Origin: Euglena gracilis
Taxonomy: Eukaryota
NCBI GenBank assembly: GCA_039621445.1
Contig: CP154954.1
Span: 40,975,572-41,039,571 of the forward strand
Length of the DNA: 64,000 bases
Reading direction: 5' to 3'
The position numbers and the translations under genes are program-made. Of the stretch, positions 52,396 to 64,000 are shown piece by piece. Below the pieces are notes generated by a model that was not told the DNA's origin, did not search any database, and saw only the letters and a list, made by a program, of their open reading frames with translations. The stretch's first letter is position 1. Each line of letters begins with the position of its first letter.

Positions 52396-55126
52396 CTTAG
52401 GCGGCCTAACTCGCACTTAAGGTTTTGATTTTTAGCTTGCGCTTTGGCGCAAATTTTCGATTTCTTTGAGACCCGGCGGTAGAACCCACCCTTTTGACCC
52501 TCTGGTTCCGCGGAGACCCTCCACGGTGGCGTGTGCATCATTTGCCGATGTTGGAACCCGGGGAACAGGCCCAATTTTGGTGTTTTTTGGCCTGTGCACC
52601 ATTTTGAAAAAGGTCCAAAACCCTGGGTTTGACCGCCGGGACACGTGAATTTTCCCAAAAATGGGCCAAAACCCCCGTTGTGAGTCCCTCGTTTTTGAAG
52701 CCTTGGCTGTGTTCCCCGGATGGTGTCACACAGTCCAGGTGTAATGAAGCCCTTTTTGTTGCTTTTTTGGCTCTGTGATATGTCCGTGAAGAGTTTGGCT
52801 GCTGAGGCATCCAGAGGGTGGACTCTACATGCACGTTGTGAAAAGTTGGAAAAACGGCATGTCACAGAGTTGTGATCCCTGGGTGCTTGAAGCGTGAGGA
52901 GCGGTGCAGCGGGAACCACCCTGGTGGGGGGGGTTGGGGGGGACTGAGGGCAAGCCTAGGGACCTCTCCCAACGTCTGGTGAGCAACGCCAGGCCCCACA
53001 CTGCCGGGCACAGAAGGCAATGTTTATGGACATTTGCGCTTAAGCGCAAATTTTTAGCTTGCGCTTAAGCGCAAATTAAAAATTTGCGCTTAAGCGCAAG
53101 TTAAAACAGAAGCCGCTGAGTTTGTGGGAGTCCCTCTGATGTGTTACGGTGTGTCGGGGGCCCCTCTCTGAACGGCCAGAGTGCGGGCTTGATGAGGAAA
53201 TACCTTGCGCCGAAGCGCAAACCATCATACAAAAAACTGAGAAGTGCAAACACGCGGCTGACGTGTAATGTGGATGAACAAGCAGTGCATTATGTAGGCA
53301 TGTCCCTTGCGCTTCGGCGCAAATGTATTTCCTCACCAAGCCCGCACTCTGGCCATGCAGAGAGGGGCCCCCGACACACCGTAACACATCAGAGGGACTC
53401 CCACAAACTCAGCGGCTTCTGTTTTAACTTGCGCTTAAGCGCAAATTTTTAATTTGCGCTTAAGCGCAAGCTAAAAATTTGCGCTTAAGCGCAAATGTCC
53501 TTTTAAATGGCAGATGTATTTGAATGCATTCGTGCTGTGTGAGAAGGTGGGGGATAGGGGAGAATGGTGAGGAGGGTTTGTGCGCTGCTGTGCCAGAAGC
53601 TGGGTTGGTGCTTTTGAACTATTCAGGTGCTGGGGAGGAAGTGGTTGTTACAATAAGACGAATGGTGGGCGGTAGGCTGTGGTGCCTCAGTGACCTTGCA
53701 CTCGGTGCACAAAGTGGGGTTTTTGGGGATGTTGACAGAAAGGCTTTTTCTGCTGAACAATGCCTCCATCTGCCTGGTGGCATGTGGCTGTCTGGTGGGT
53801 TGCAAAATACCGAAAAAAGGCGTGTCAGCATGTCTTCCCTTCTCCGCCGTTGTTGATGGGCCCTTTCAATTTCTCAATTCCATTCGCTCATCCCCAAAGT
53901 TCTGTGCTTCAAATCCTGGGCGAGGAAAGGGGGGTGACGAGCTTCTTTAAAACACCCTTTCGACGCCTAAAACTGTTTCCTCGGCTGTGGTTCCCAGGGT
54001 TTATCTGGTACCTGTTCTTTTCCAAACAGAATTTTTCCGACTTTTAAAAGTCGGCCAAAGAGAAGGGCCCCTCAGGCACGCTTAACTGCGAGGCAAGTGG
54101 GAGGAACCTCCGGCACTGGAAGTTGGGTTTACAACGCATAGGACAAGACACGTCTGGCTATCAAGAAGTTGGTGGTTGTTTTCACAGACCAGGGGGTTGG
54201 CTTCCTGTCCCAGGCAAGGCTTCCCTCCATCTGAGCTCTGTCCGCTCTGGTGATGAGATGCTCCCAGGACTGCTCTCTCCACCCGCAGTGATAAAAATGG
54301 AAAATACAACTTGATGGCTGTTGCGCCATAGCGCAATGGGTAGGCTCATGAAGAATGGAAATTTAAGAGTTATACTGCGCCAAAGCGCAAGTAGAAATAC
54401 ACTTTTAAAATTGTCAAAGCAACGTGGCTCTTGCGCCGACGCGCAATGTTGACCAGTTTTAAGTCAACGTGACTGAGAGTAGGCTTCCGTCCCCCTGTTC
54501 TACATTTTTGTGCTCCATCCCCTCTGGTGTTGTTACTCTACCAGGGCCGTTCTCTCACTCCGTTGTGAGATAAGTTTTAAACAGTTATATTTGCGCTTCG
54601 GCGCAAGCCATGCTGCTTTTGCAATTTTAAAAATTGTATTTCTATTTGCGCTTTGGCGCAAGGTAACTCGTAAATTTTCATTCTTCATGAGCCTGCCCCT
54701 TGCGCTTTGGCGCAAATGGAAACACATGTTGACTCAAAAATTGTTATCATTGTTCAAATGCGGCAATGGTCACCCACGTGTTGAATTACAAAAAAGTCAA
54801 AAATTTGCGCCAAAGCGCAAATGGTTTTATTTTTTGTAATTTCAAAAATTTGCGCCAAAGCGCAAATGAGTAAGCGGAATACCCTCGTTTCATCACCCGC
54901 CGCTTTGTGTTCATGCACACTGGGACCCGGGAGCGCTGTGCCCGTGGACCGTGGAGTTCCTAGTCGTTGCTTTCGTCACCGGGCCCTGGGGTGCAGGGAG
55001 ACACTATTTTCAGACTGTCTCGAGTCTCAGGCCACGGTGGTCGAAAACCAAACTTTTTTTGGGATTTGCGCGTCGGCGCAAATTTACAGTCACTTTCAAA
55101 GCTAAGTGCGAGTTAGGCCGCCTAAG
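52396..55126. mobile_element. CTTAGG-type TIR element, 2731 bp, with an empty-site paralog in the window
   Basis: Perfect 24-bp TIR cttaggcggcctaactcgcactta; TSD CAGAT at 52391-52395 and 55127-55131; empty site cccgaCAGATatttagggt at ~60392-60410; many TTGCGC-N4-GCGCAA motifs. Confidence 0.97.
53028..53500. repeat. Long inverted repeat (~193-bp arms, ~86-bp spacer)
   Basis: 53028-53220 is the near-perfect reverse complement of 53307-53500. Confidence 0.95.
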
Positions 55127-57572
55127 CAGATATTTAGGGTCATTGGGGACATCACAGTGACAGCGGACAGCGTGAAGAAGCATTCAGGGATAGGCACTTA
55201 TAGCTAAAATGGCCTAAAATGGCCTAATATGGCCTAAATAGCCTAAAATGATTTTTTGACCCCCTTTAGTGGGGGTCCCCAAAATGGCCTAAAATGGCCT
55301 AAAATGGCCTAAAATGGGAAAAGTTTTGTTGCATTCAACAATTTTTTGGTGAACAACTGAAGCCGTTCAGGTAATTCAGGTAATGACTTTCAGTGTCTTT
55401 TGTTAATGTGGACGGCGAACAGTGGATTTGGTGGAGGAGCACAGCCACACAAGGCCCAGTTTTTTTTGTCCCAACTAATAATAGTATCTGTCCCCAAATC
55501 CATGGTCCCCAACCTCCTTTTGGTGGCTGAATTTTGAAGGTTTGGACAGCTGTATTTTTTCTCACTCCCATCTTTTTTTGGTTTGCAACGGTGTCTGCTA
55601 CAAATAATGAAACAGTGCAAATTTGGAATGAGGTGTGGGAAAAAGACAGAAAAAAGATGAAGATGTTGGAAAAATCTCAATTGAAAGATGTGTATGCTCC
55701 TTCGTTAGGTACTGTGTATTCCTTCAAATCACGAACCAGCACAATTTGGGCATTTTCCAAAACATTCCACAAATAATCATGCCGAATGATCAAATGACCC
55801 AAACAACTATTGGGGCTTGGCAGTCAATCTTCAGGTACCAAGGTTGTATGCATAGACTCCCCCCCGGAGTTTGTCTCCCCTCCTCCATACAAACTTGGTT
55901 CCTTAATTTGTGTTTCTTGGCCTAAAATTTTTTCAAGATTTTTGGCTTTTTTTTTGTGCGAAGCCTGCTGAAAGTTTGACACTCGTGCAAACTTGCTCTC
56001 CCAAGGTGGGCCCCCCTTTCCTTCAATGGCTGCCCGAGCCAAACGCCCGGGGGAGGTGGGTCTTCAGTGACAAAGTTCCTTCGATTTCCCAAAGAAAGGT
56101 GGGGTCAAAATCACAAATGAACGGGGGCAGTTGTAGTCCAGCGAGATCTGCAAGGAAGGATGAAGGTCAAGTGCCCCAGGAAGAGGGAAATACAAGTGCG
56201 TCCCACTGGCAGTCAACAGTGATGTTGTTTTAGTTACTTTTTTTGCAATTTTTTTGAGAAGTTTGCAACGCATTTCTTGCTCACCATTTTGGAGAAAACT
56301 GCATCATACCTGAACAATCAATCGAGTTGATGCTCATTCATGGAGCAAACCTACACTCTGTTGGCATCTTTCCACAGGGTTTTCCATCCTGCCTTTTTGG
56401 TTTTTGCGGCAGCCGTAACTTCGGCTGTGCACAGAAAAGTTGAGAGGCTCAGAAAAAAACAAAAAACTTCAGAAACGTCTTTTTTGCGAAATCCCACAAA
56501 ATGGTGTTGATTTCACAAAACACAAAAAACCGGGGTGATTTTTTTGGTAGCGCAAATAAGAACTTTTAATATTTGTCCAACGTTTTTTTCCTGAAAAATC
56601 TTCCCTGCCACAAATTCTTACTGTTCAGATTTCTTCTATGGGCATGAATTAAGATTTGTTGAGTTTTCCATGGTTTTGATCCAGTGTTCATGAATTTTGC
56701 ATGCTTTTTTGAATGTTCTACTGAATAAGAGAACAGAACATGTTTACTCAATAAGAGAAGGTTTGCACACGTTGTGATTCAGTTTTCGGGACAAGAATGG
56801 CGAAAAAGTATGATTTTCAGAAACCCCACCTGCCGGTGCTTTGATTTGCAAAGGCAACGCCTTCGTTGAGGTGGAGGGACATCGAATGGCCAGGCGGCGG
56901 GGGGGGGGGGGGGGGTGGGGGCGAGGGTGCGGCTGGTTGCGACCAGCAAACAACAATGGCGCGGGGGGTATTCATATTGCCGGGTGGGATGTCACGGGAG
57001 GTTGGTCCGTGGGAGGTAGGTGCCGCGGCCGGCCGCGGCCGACCGTCGCCCAACCAAAACAAGATGTTGGTTGGGCCGCGGCCGGTCGAGGCCCAACCAC
57101 GGCCAAATTTAGCTTCCTTTGGTTGGGCCGCGGTCGGCCGCGGCCCAACCAATTTTTTTTTTTGGTTGGACCGCGGCCGACCGCGGCCCAACCAGAAGCC
57201 TTTTTTTGGTTGGGGCGGGGTCGGCCGCGGCCGACCGCGGCCCAACCAAAATGATTTTCCTGGTTGGGCCGCGGCCGGCCGCGGCCGACCGCGGCCCAAC
57301 CTCCCACTACCGTCGCAGCACTGTTCTGCAAGCCACTCTTCCAGACTCCGTTCCCTCCGTCCTCTGCTATTCTGTGAGTGCAGTGTGATGACGTTCTCCG
57401 TGGCAGTTGGTAATTGGCTCCACATAATATCAAAACCATGGCGTATTTGTAAAAAGTAAAATGAAAACATTCACTTAAAAGTAAGTCCCTCTGCGTTTTT
57501 CTTCAGAGACGAAATAATCTGGAGGAAACCTTTCACCTTTCGGGTAATATCTTCTCTTTGGGCCTGTTCCAT

Positions 57573-57772
57573 GAAACCATAGCATTTACAATAGCCTGGG
57601 AGCGCGACTCGGCCATCCTTGCCTTGCACACACAAGACTACATTCATTACGAAGCGCGACTCGGCCATCTTTGAAACCATAGCATTTACAATAGCCTGGG
57701 AGCGCGACTCGGCCATCCTTGCCTTGCACACACAAGACTACATTCATTACGAAGCGCGACTCGGCCATCTTT
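57573..57772. repeat. ~100-bp tandem duplication
   Basis: Two copies of aaaccatagcatttacaatagcctgggagcgcgactcggccatc... Confidence 0.9.
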
Positions 57773-57847
57773 GCCTTGCAAACACAAGGGGATTTTGTTA
57801 TTTTGGGCGGGGGGGGGTCCGGGGGGGGGGGGCGGCAGCCCCCCCCC

Positions 57848-59620
57848 GGAGGAGGCCGTAGGCCGACTAAGTTCGCGTTTTGAGTCATTTTCTTTCATAT
57901 TTGAATAGGGTTAGGGTTAGGGATAGGATTAGGGTTAGGGTTAGGGTTAGGGTTAGCGTTCGGGTTAGGGTTAGGGTTAGGGTTAGGGTTCGGGTTCGGG
58001 TTAGGGTTAGGGTTAGGGTTAGGTTTTAGGGTTAGGGTTAGGGATACCCCCAGAGGAGGCCGTAGGCCGACTAAGTTCGCATTTTGAGTCATTTTCTTTC
58101 ATATTTGAATAGGGTTAGGGTTAGGGTTAGGGTTAGGGTTCGGGTTAGGGTTCGGGTTCGGGTTAGGGTTAGGGTTAGGGTTAGGGTTAGGGTTAGGGCC
58201 AAAAGGAATTTATGAGGTTATTTGAAGGAGTAGGGTTAGGGTTACGATTCTTTTCCAAACAGCAGAATACATCCCGCTCAACGTTGTTAGATTGGTCTCT
58301 ACAAGGTACCCAGCGAACCCAAAGAGCCGCCCAACTAGGGTTAAAAACATGGGGGGACCCGAGCGAGGCGCCGAAGGCGCCGAGCGAGGGTCCCCCCATG
58401 TGTATTAACCCTAGTTGGGCGGCTCTTTGGGGTAGCTGGTACCTTGTAGGGGCCAATTTATCACGCCCCACCCCCCCCACCCCCCCCCCCCACCCCCCCA
58501 AGTTCGCGCTTTGAGTCATTTTCTTTCATATTTGAATAGGGTTAGGGTTAGGGATAGGATTAGGGTTAGGGTTAGGGTTAGGGTTAGGGTTCGGGTTCGG
58601 GTTAGGGTTAGGGTTAGGGTTAGGTTTTAGGGTTAGGGTTAGGGATACCCCCGGAGGAGGCCGTAGGCCGACTAAGTTCTCGTTTTGAGTCATTTTCTTT
58701 CATATTTGAATAGGGTTAGGGTTAGGGATAGGGTTAGGGTTAGGGTTAGGGTTAGGGTTAGGGTTAGGGTTCGGGTTAGGGTTAGGGTTAGGGTTCGGGT
58801 TCGGGTTAGGGTTAGGGTTAGGGTTAGGGTTAGGGTTAGGGTTAGGGCCAAAAGGAATTTATGAGGTTATTTGAAGGAGTAGGGTTAGGGTTACGATTCT
58901 TTTCCAAACAGCAGAATACATCCCGCTCAACGTTGTTAGATTGGTCTCTACAAGGTACCCAGCGAACCCAAAGAGCCGCCCAACTAGGGTTAAAAACATG
59001 GGGGGACCCGAGCGAGGCGCCGAAGGCGCCGAGCGAGGGTCCCCCCATGTGTATTAACCCTAGTTGGGCGGCTCTTTGGGGTAGCTGGTACCTTGTAGGG
59101 GCCAATTTATCACGCCCCACAGCCCCCACACCCCCCAAGTTCGGGCGTTGAGTAATTTTCTTTCATATTTGAATAGGGTTAGGGTTAGGGATAGGATTAG
59201 GGTTAGGGTTAGGGTTAGGGTTAGGGTTCGGGTTCGGGTTAGGGTTAGGGTTAGGGTTAGGTTTTAGGGTTAGGGTTAGGGATACCCCCGGAGGAGGCCG
59301 TAGGCCGACTAAGTTCTCGTTTTGAGTCATTTTCTTTCATATTTGAATAGGGTTAGGGTTAGGGATAGGGTTAGGGTTAGGGTTAGGGTTAGGGTTAGGG
59401 TTAGGGTTCGGGTTAGGGTTAGGGTTAGGGTTCGGGTTCGGGTTAGGGTTAGGGTTAGGGTTAGGGTTAGGGTTAGGGTTAGGGTTAGGGTTAGGGCCAA
59501 AAGGAATTTATGAGGTTATTTGAAGGAGTAGGGTTAGGGTTACGATTCTTTTCCAAACAGCAGAATACATCCCGCTCAACGTTGTTAGATTGGTCTCTAC
59601 AAGGTACCCAGCGAACCCAG
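57848..59620 (+). repeat. Interstitial 649-bp-period tandem array containing TTAGGG/TTCGGG tracts
   Basis: The same sequence recurs at 58212, 58861 and 59510; each unit has two telomere-like tracts and a ~300-bp core with internal inverted repeats. Confidence 0.95.
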
Positions 59621-59981
59621 TCAGTCAGTCACCCTGAAAGTGCTGCTGGGACAGTCATGGGAGGTTGGGCCGCGGTCGACCGCGGCCCAACCATTTTTGT
59701 GTTTTTGGTTGGGCCGCGGCCGACCGCGGTCGGCCGCGGCCCAACGAAATTTTTAACCAAGGTTGGGTCGCGGTCGACCGCGGCCGACCGCGGCCCAACC
59801 AACGTCAGTCTGGCTAGAACCTGGTTGGGCCGCGGCCGGCCGCGGCCCAACCAATTTTTTTTTTTGGTTGGACCGCGGCCGGCCGCGGCCCAACCAAAAA
59901 CCCGTTTTGGTTGGGCCGCGGCCGACCGCGGCCGGCCGCGGCCCAACCAACGGCCACCCAACCTCCCGTGAACATCCACCC

Positions 59982-62234
59982 GGCGGTAACCTGCACTGCA
60001 CTGCACTGTGGGGTTTTGCTTCCTCACACCAGCAAGACCTGTTTGCATATGGCTCACCAATTGTACAGGTGGGATAACCTCCCCCCAAAAGTAACCACCA
60101 CATTGCTTAAATTTGGGGTTTGCTTTGCATGCTGAGAGGTTGCTTAAAATGTCTCTCCTTGCTCAAACAAAGGGAGGATGAGTGCTTTTCTCATACATTG
60201 AACAACATGAACGTCCCAAAGGTGTTACAGACTCAGCCGGTTTTATTATTTTCCCCAAAAATCATATTTTTATTGTTTCCGCTTCTTTTTACCTTAAAAT
60301 TTCGGGGTTGCTTAAATTTGGATTTTTCATTTGTTCCCGAGGAGTTGCTTAAATTTTGGAGTTGCTTAAATTTGGGGGGTTTATCCCGCCACCCGACAGA
60401 TATTTAGGGTCATTGGGGACATCACAGTGACAGCGGACAGCGTGAAGAAGCATTCAGGGATAGGCACTTATAGCTAAAATGGCCTAAAATGGCCTAATAT
60501 GGCCTAAATAGCCTAAAATGATTTTTTGACCCCCTTTAGTGGGGGTCCCCAAAATGGCCTAAAATGGCCTAAAATGGCCTAAAATGGGAAAAGTTTTGTT
60601 GCATTCAACAATTTTTTGGTGAACAACTGAAGCCGTTCAGGTAATTCAGGTAATGACTTTCAGTGTCTTTTGTTAATGTGGACGGCGAACAGTGGATTTG
60701 GTGGAGGAGCACAGCCACACAAGGCCCAGTTTTTTTTGTCCCAACTAATAATAGTATCTGTCCCCAAATCCATGGTCCCCAACCTCCTTTTGGTGGCTGA
60801 ATTTTGAAGGTTTGGACAGCTGTATTTTTTCTCACTCCCATCTTTTTTTGGTTTGCAACGGTGTCTGCTACAAATAATGAAACAGTGCAAATTTGGAATG
60901 AGGTGTGGGAAAAAGACAGAAAAAAGATGAAAGATGTTGGAAAAATGTCAATTGAAAGATGTGTATGCTCCTTCGATAGGTACCGTGTATTCCTTCAAAT
61001 CACGAACCAGCTCAATTTGGGCATTTCCCAAAACATTCCGCAAATAATCATGCCGAATGATCAAATGACCCAAACAACTATTGGGGCTTGGGAGTCAATC
61101 TTCAGGTACCAAGGTTGTATGCATAGACTCCCCCCCGGAGTTTGTCTCCCCTCCTCCATACAAACTTGGTTCCTTAATTTGTGTTTCTTGGCCTAAAATT
61201 TTTTCAATTTTTTTTGTGCGAAGCCTGCTGAAAGCTTGACACTCGTGCAAACTTGCTCTCCCAAGGTGGGCCCCCCTTTCCTTCAATGGCTGCCCAGAGC
61301 CAAACGCCCAGGGGGGGGGGGGAGGTGGGTCTTCAGTGACAAAGTTCCTTCAATTTCCCAAAGAAAGGTGGGGTCAAAATCACAAATGAACGGGGGCAGT
61401 TGTAGTCCAGCGAGCAAGGAAGGATGAAGGTCAAGTGCCCCAGGAAGAGGGAAATACAAGTGCGTGCCACTGGCAGTCAATAGTGATGTTGTTTTAGTTA
61501 CTTTTTTTGCAATTTTTTTTGAGAAGTTTGCAACGCATTTCTTGCTCACCATTTTGGAGAAAACTGCGTCATACCTGAACAATCAATCGAGTTGATGCTC
61601 ATTCATGGAGCAAACCTACACTCTGTTGGCATCTTTCCACAGGGTTTTCCATCCTGCCTTTTTGGTTTTTGCGGCAGTCGTAACTTCGGCTGTGCACAGA
61701 AAAGTTGACAGCCTCAGAAAAAAACAAAAATCTTCAGAAACGTCTTTTTGCGAAATCCCACAAAATGGTGTTGATTTCACAAAACACAAAAAACCGGGGT
61801 GATTTTTTTGGTAGCGCAAATAAGAACTTTTAATATTTGTCCAACGTTTTTTCCCTGAAAAATCTTCCCTGCCACAAATTCTTACTGTTCAGATTTCTTC
61901 TATGGGCATGAATTAAGATTTGTTGAGTTTTCCATGGTTTTGATCCAGTGTTCATGAATTTTGCATGCTTTTTTGAATGTTCTACTGAATAAGAGAACAG
62001 AACATGTTTACTGAATAAGAGAAGGTTTGCACACGTTATGATTCAGTTTTCGGGACAAGAATGGCGAAAAATTATGATTTTCAGAAACCCCACCTGCCGG
62101 TGCTTTGATTTGCAAAGGCAACGCCTTCGTTGAGGTGGAGGGACATCGAATGGCCAGGCGGCGGCGGGGGGGGGGTGGGAGGGTGCGGCTGGTTGCGACC
62201 AGCAAACAACAATGGCGCGGGGGGTATTCATATT
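59982..62234 (+). repeat. Copy B of the ~2.25-kb duplication (uninterrupted)
   Basis: Near-identical to copy A without the 52396-55126 insertion. Confidence 0.95.
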
Positions 62235-64000
62235 ATATTATTGTTTATTATTATTGGTGGCGGTGTGAACTCACCTCCACCCCTCGGAATCGGCCGAACA
62301 GCCAGGGTGGTGGGTGGGGGGGGGGGTCGACCAGCCCCCCCCCCCCACCCCCTGCATGGTGGGTGGGGGGGGGTCGACCACCCCCACCCACCGCCACCTC
62401 TTCCCGTATTTCCGGGAACACCAATTTTTGGACCCGAAAATTTTTTTCGGCGCTGGGTGTTTTTTTTGACCCATTTTGGGACCCAATATAGGGGGTCCCC
62501 CCAAAAACCACCCAAAACCCCATTTTTTCACATCTTCCAAAAACCTTCGACATTTTCGGAAAATGTTGATTTTGAGAGGTTTTTGAAGCAAAAAATGCCA
62601 TTGAAAGTCCAAAAAATTTCAACGAGAGAAAAAATGTCAGTAAAATTTGACTGTGCCAAAATTTCGTCCACTTTTTTTGACCTTCGTTTTTTTCACTCCC
62701 CCCCCCTAAAAAGTACCAATTTTTAGGACGGAAATTTTTGGATTTTTTTGTGAAAAAATTGTGGTTCTCCATCAAAAAATCATGTGTTTTGGGTTCATTT
62801 TTCAAAAAAAAATCAAAAATTTTTCTGGCCAAAATCCCCGTTTTCCCGAAATCGGTGAAAATGCTGTGGTGGGTGGGGGGGTCGACCACCCCTCTCACCA
62901 GGCCTTCCCGTTCTGCCCTGCCCCTCCCTGCCGCCTGACCAGTCCACTCCCCCCCTCCTGGGGGTGCAGCGGCCCCTCCCGCCCGCCCTCCGCCGGCCCA
63001 GGGATGTGACGCCCCATCGCTGGGCGGCCCCCCTCCCCCCTCCCGATGCCGCCGAAGCGGCACAGTTACAGCTGCTGCTCCAAGAGCCACCTCCCGGCCC
63101 TCGACCGGCCCCGCCCAGGCCCGGGCCACCGGGTACCCCCCCCCCCCCGGGCCTGGCAGCCAATGGGAGTCAGCTGGCCAGGCTGGACCGAACAAAAAAA
63201 TAATCCGAATAAAAAACGAAGCAAGGCAGGCAAATACGAACAGGCTTCGGAATGCCGAAATGGGCTGCCACCACACCGGCACATAAGCGATGGGGCCACA
63301 TTGCCTCAATGCCCGAAAATTGGGGCTGTTTTCTGGGCTCCCCCCCCCCGAAAAAAAAATCCCACGCAATCCCATGCACTGTAAACCACGCGGCTTTCCT
63401 TGGGGCTTGGGGGAAGGAGCCTGGGCTGGGCTTCCACCCGAGCCTGGTGCCCCCTCCACCGGTCCTTCACCTCCGTCAAGCACCTGCCGTTGGAGTACGG
63501 CATCACCCTCCGGTCTCCCTTCTCCCCCCTGCCCCGCCCCCAGGGAGAATCCCCCCCCCCAAAAGAGCCCCTAAATCCATTGTCACCACCAGTTCATCGA
63601 ACCCCTGACATCAACCCCCCCCCGGGGAGCATGGAGTGGACACCACTGTCCTTCATCCTCCAACCACTGGAACCAGAGTCTCTTCTGCCTGATCCCAAGG
63701 GGAACCCCCAACAACCGCGTCTGGGAATCCCAGCCAAACACACCACAGGGCAACACATGTATGGGGGGGGGCCGGCACCAGTGGCCCGGGTATGGGTTTT
63801 GGTGCGAAGCGCCGAAAATTTTTTGGGAAATGCCCTCAGACGGCCTATTTTTGGGGGGGGGGTTCCCGCGCCAGGCTGGGTGGGTGGGGGGACCCCTTCT
63901 CCTTCCTGGGGTCTTAAAAAGAAGCCTGATCATCACACTTTTCCACAGCTTTTTTTTTCTCCTTCACACAGGCGGTACCGGTATTGGGCGCTCGCCTACA

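Larger units (their letters stand above)
51957..56978 (+). repeat. Copy A of a ~2.25-kb direct duplication, interrupted by a CTTAGG element
   Basis: 51957-52395 plus 55132-56978 is collinear and near-identical to 59982-62234. Confidence 0.95.

Noticed and set aside
57848-59500. True telomere
   Set aside because: The TTAGGG tracts are short, degenerate, interspersed with complex sequence and followed by more than 4 kb of other DNA.
62251-63483. 410-aa minus-strand ORF (longest in the track)
   Set aside because: It runs through homopolymer-rich MITE-like repeats with no coding bias or motifs.

Overview
Eukaryotic, repeat-rich nuclear DNA, most likely from a euglenid such as Euglena. This is an inference from introns that lack GT-AG ends and instead have base-paired termini in a +4/-6 register, and from TTAGGG repeats. 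Two host genes are split into short GC-rich exons on the + strand. One is a receptor-type class III nucleotide cyclase (~1.1-17.7 kb) with Cache-like extracellular repeats, a TM helix and a C1-type catalytic domain lacking the catalytic Asn/Arg. The other is a membrane-anchored thaumatin-like protein (35084-45165). Introns and spacers hold many hAT-like MITEs with 8-bp TSDs, microsatellites, DIRS-like tyrosine-recombinase remnants, an interstitial TTAGGG tandem array and a ~2.25-kb duplication. The most notable signal is a group of TIR elements starting CTTAGG with 5-bp TSDs (14409-17005, 18540-25393, 52396-55126, plus a solo end at 9326). Each carries many dispersed copies of its own short palindrome with a 4-nt spacer. 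The largest encodes an apparently intact 8-exon ParB/Srx-fold (GQHR) protein, possibly fused to a degenerate methyltransferase fold, and I could not recognise a transposase in it. This suggests a ParB/parS-like protein-and-site system on a eukaryotic mobile element. All domain calls come from motif recognition by eye; no searches were run.
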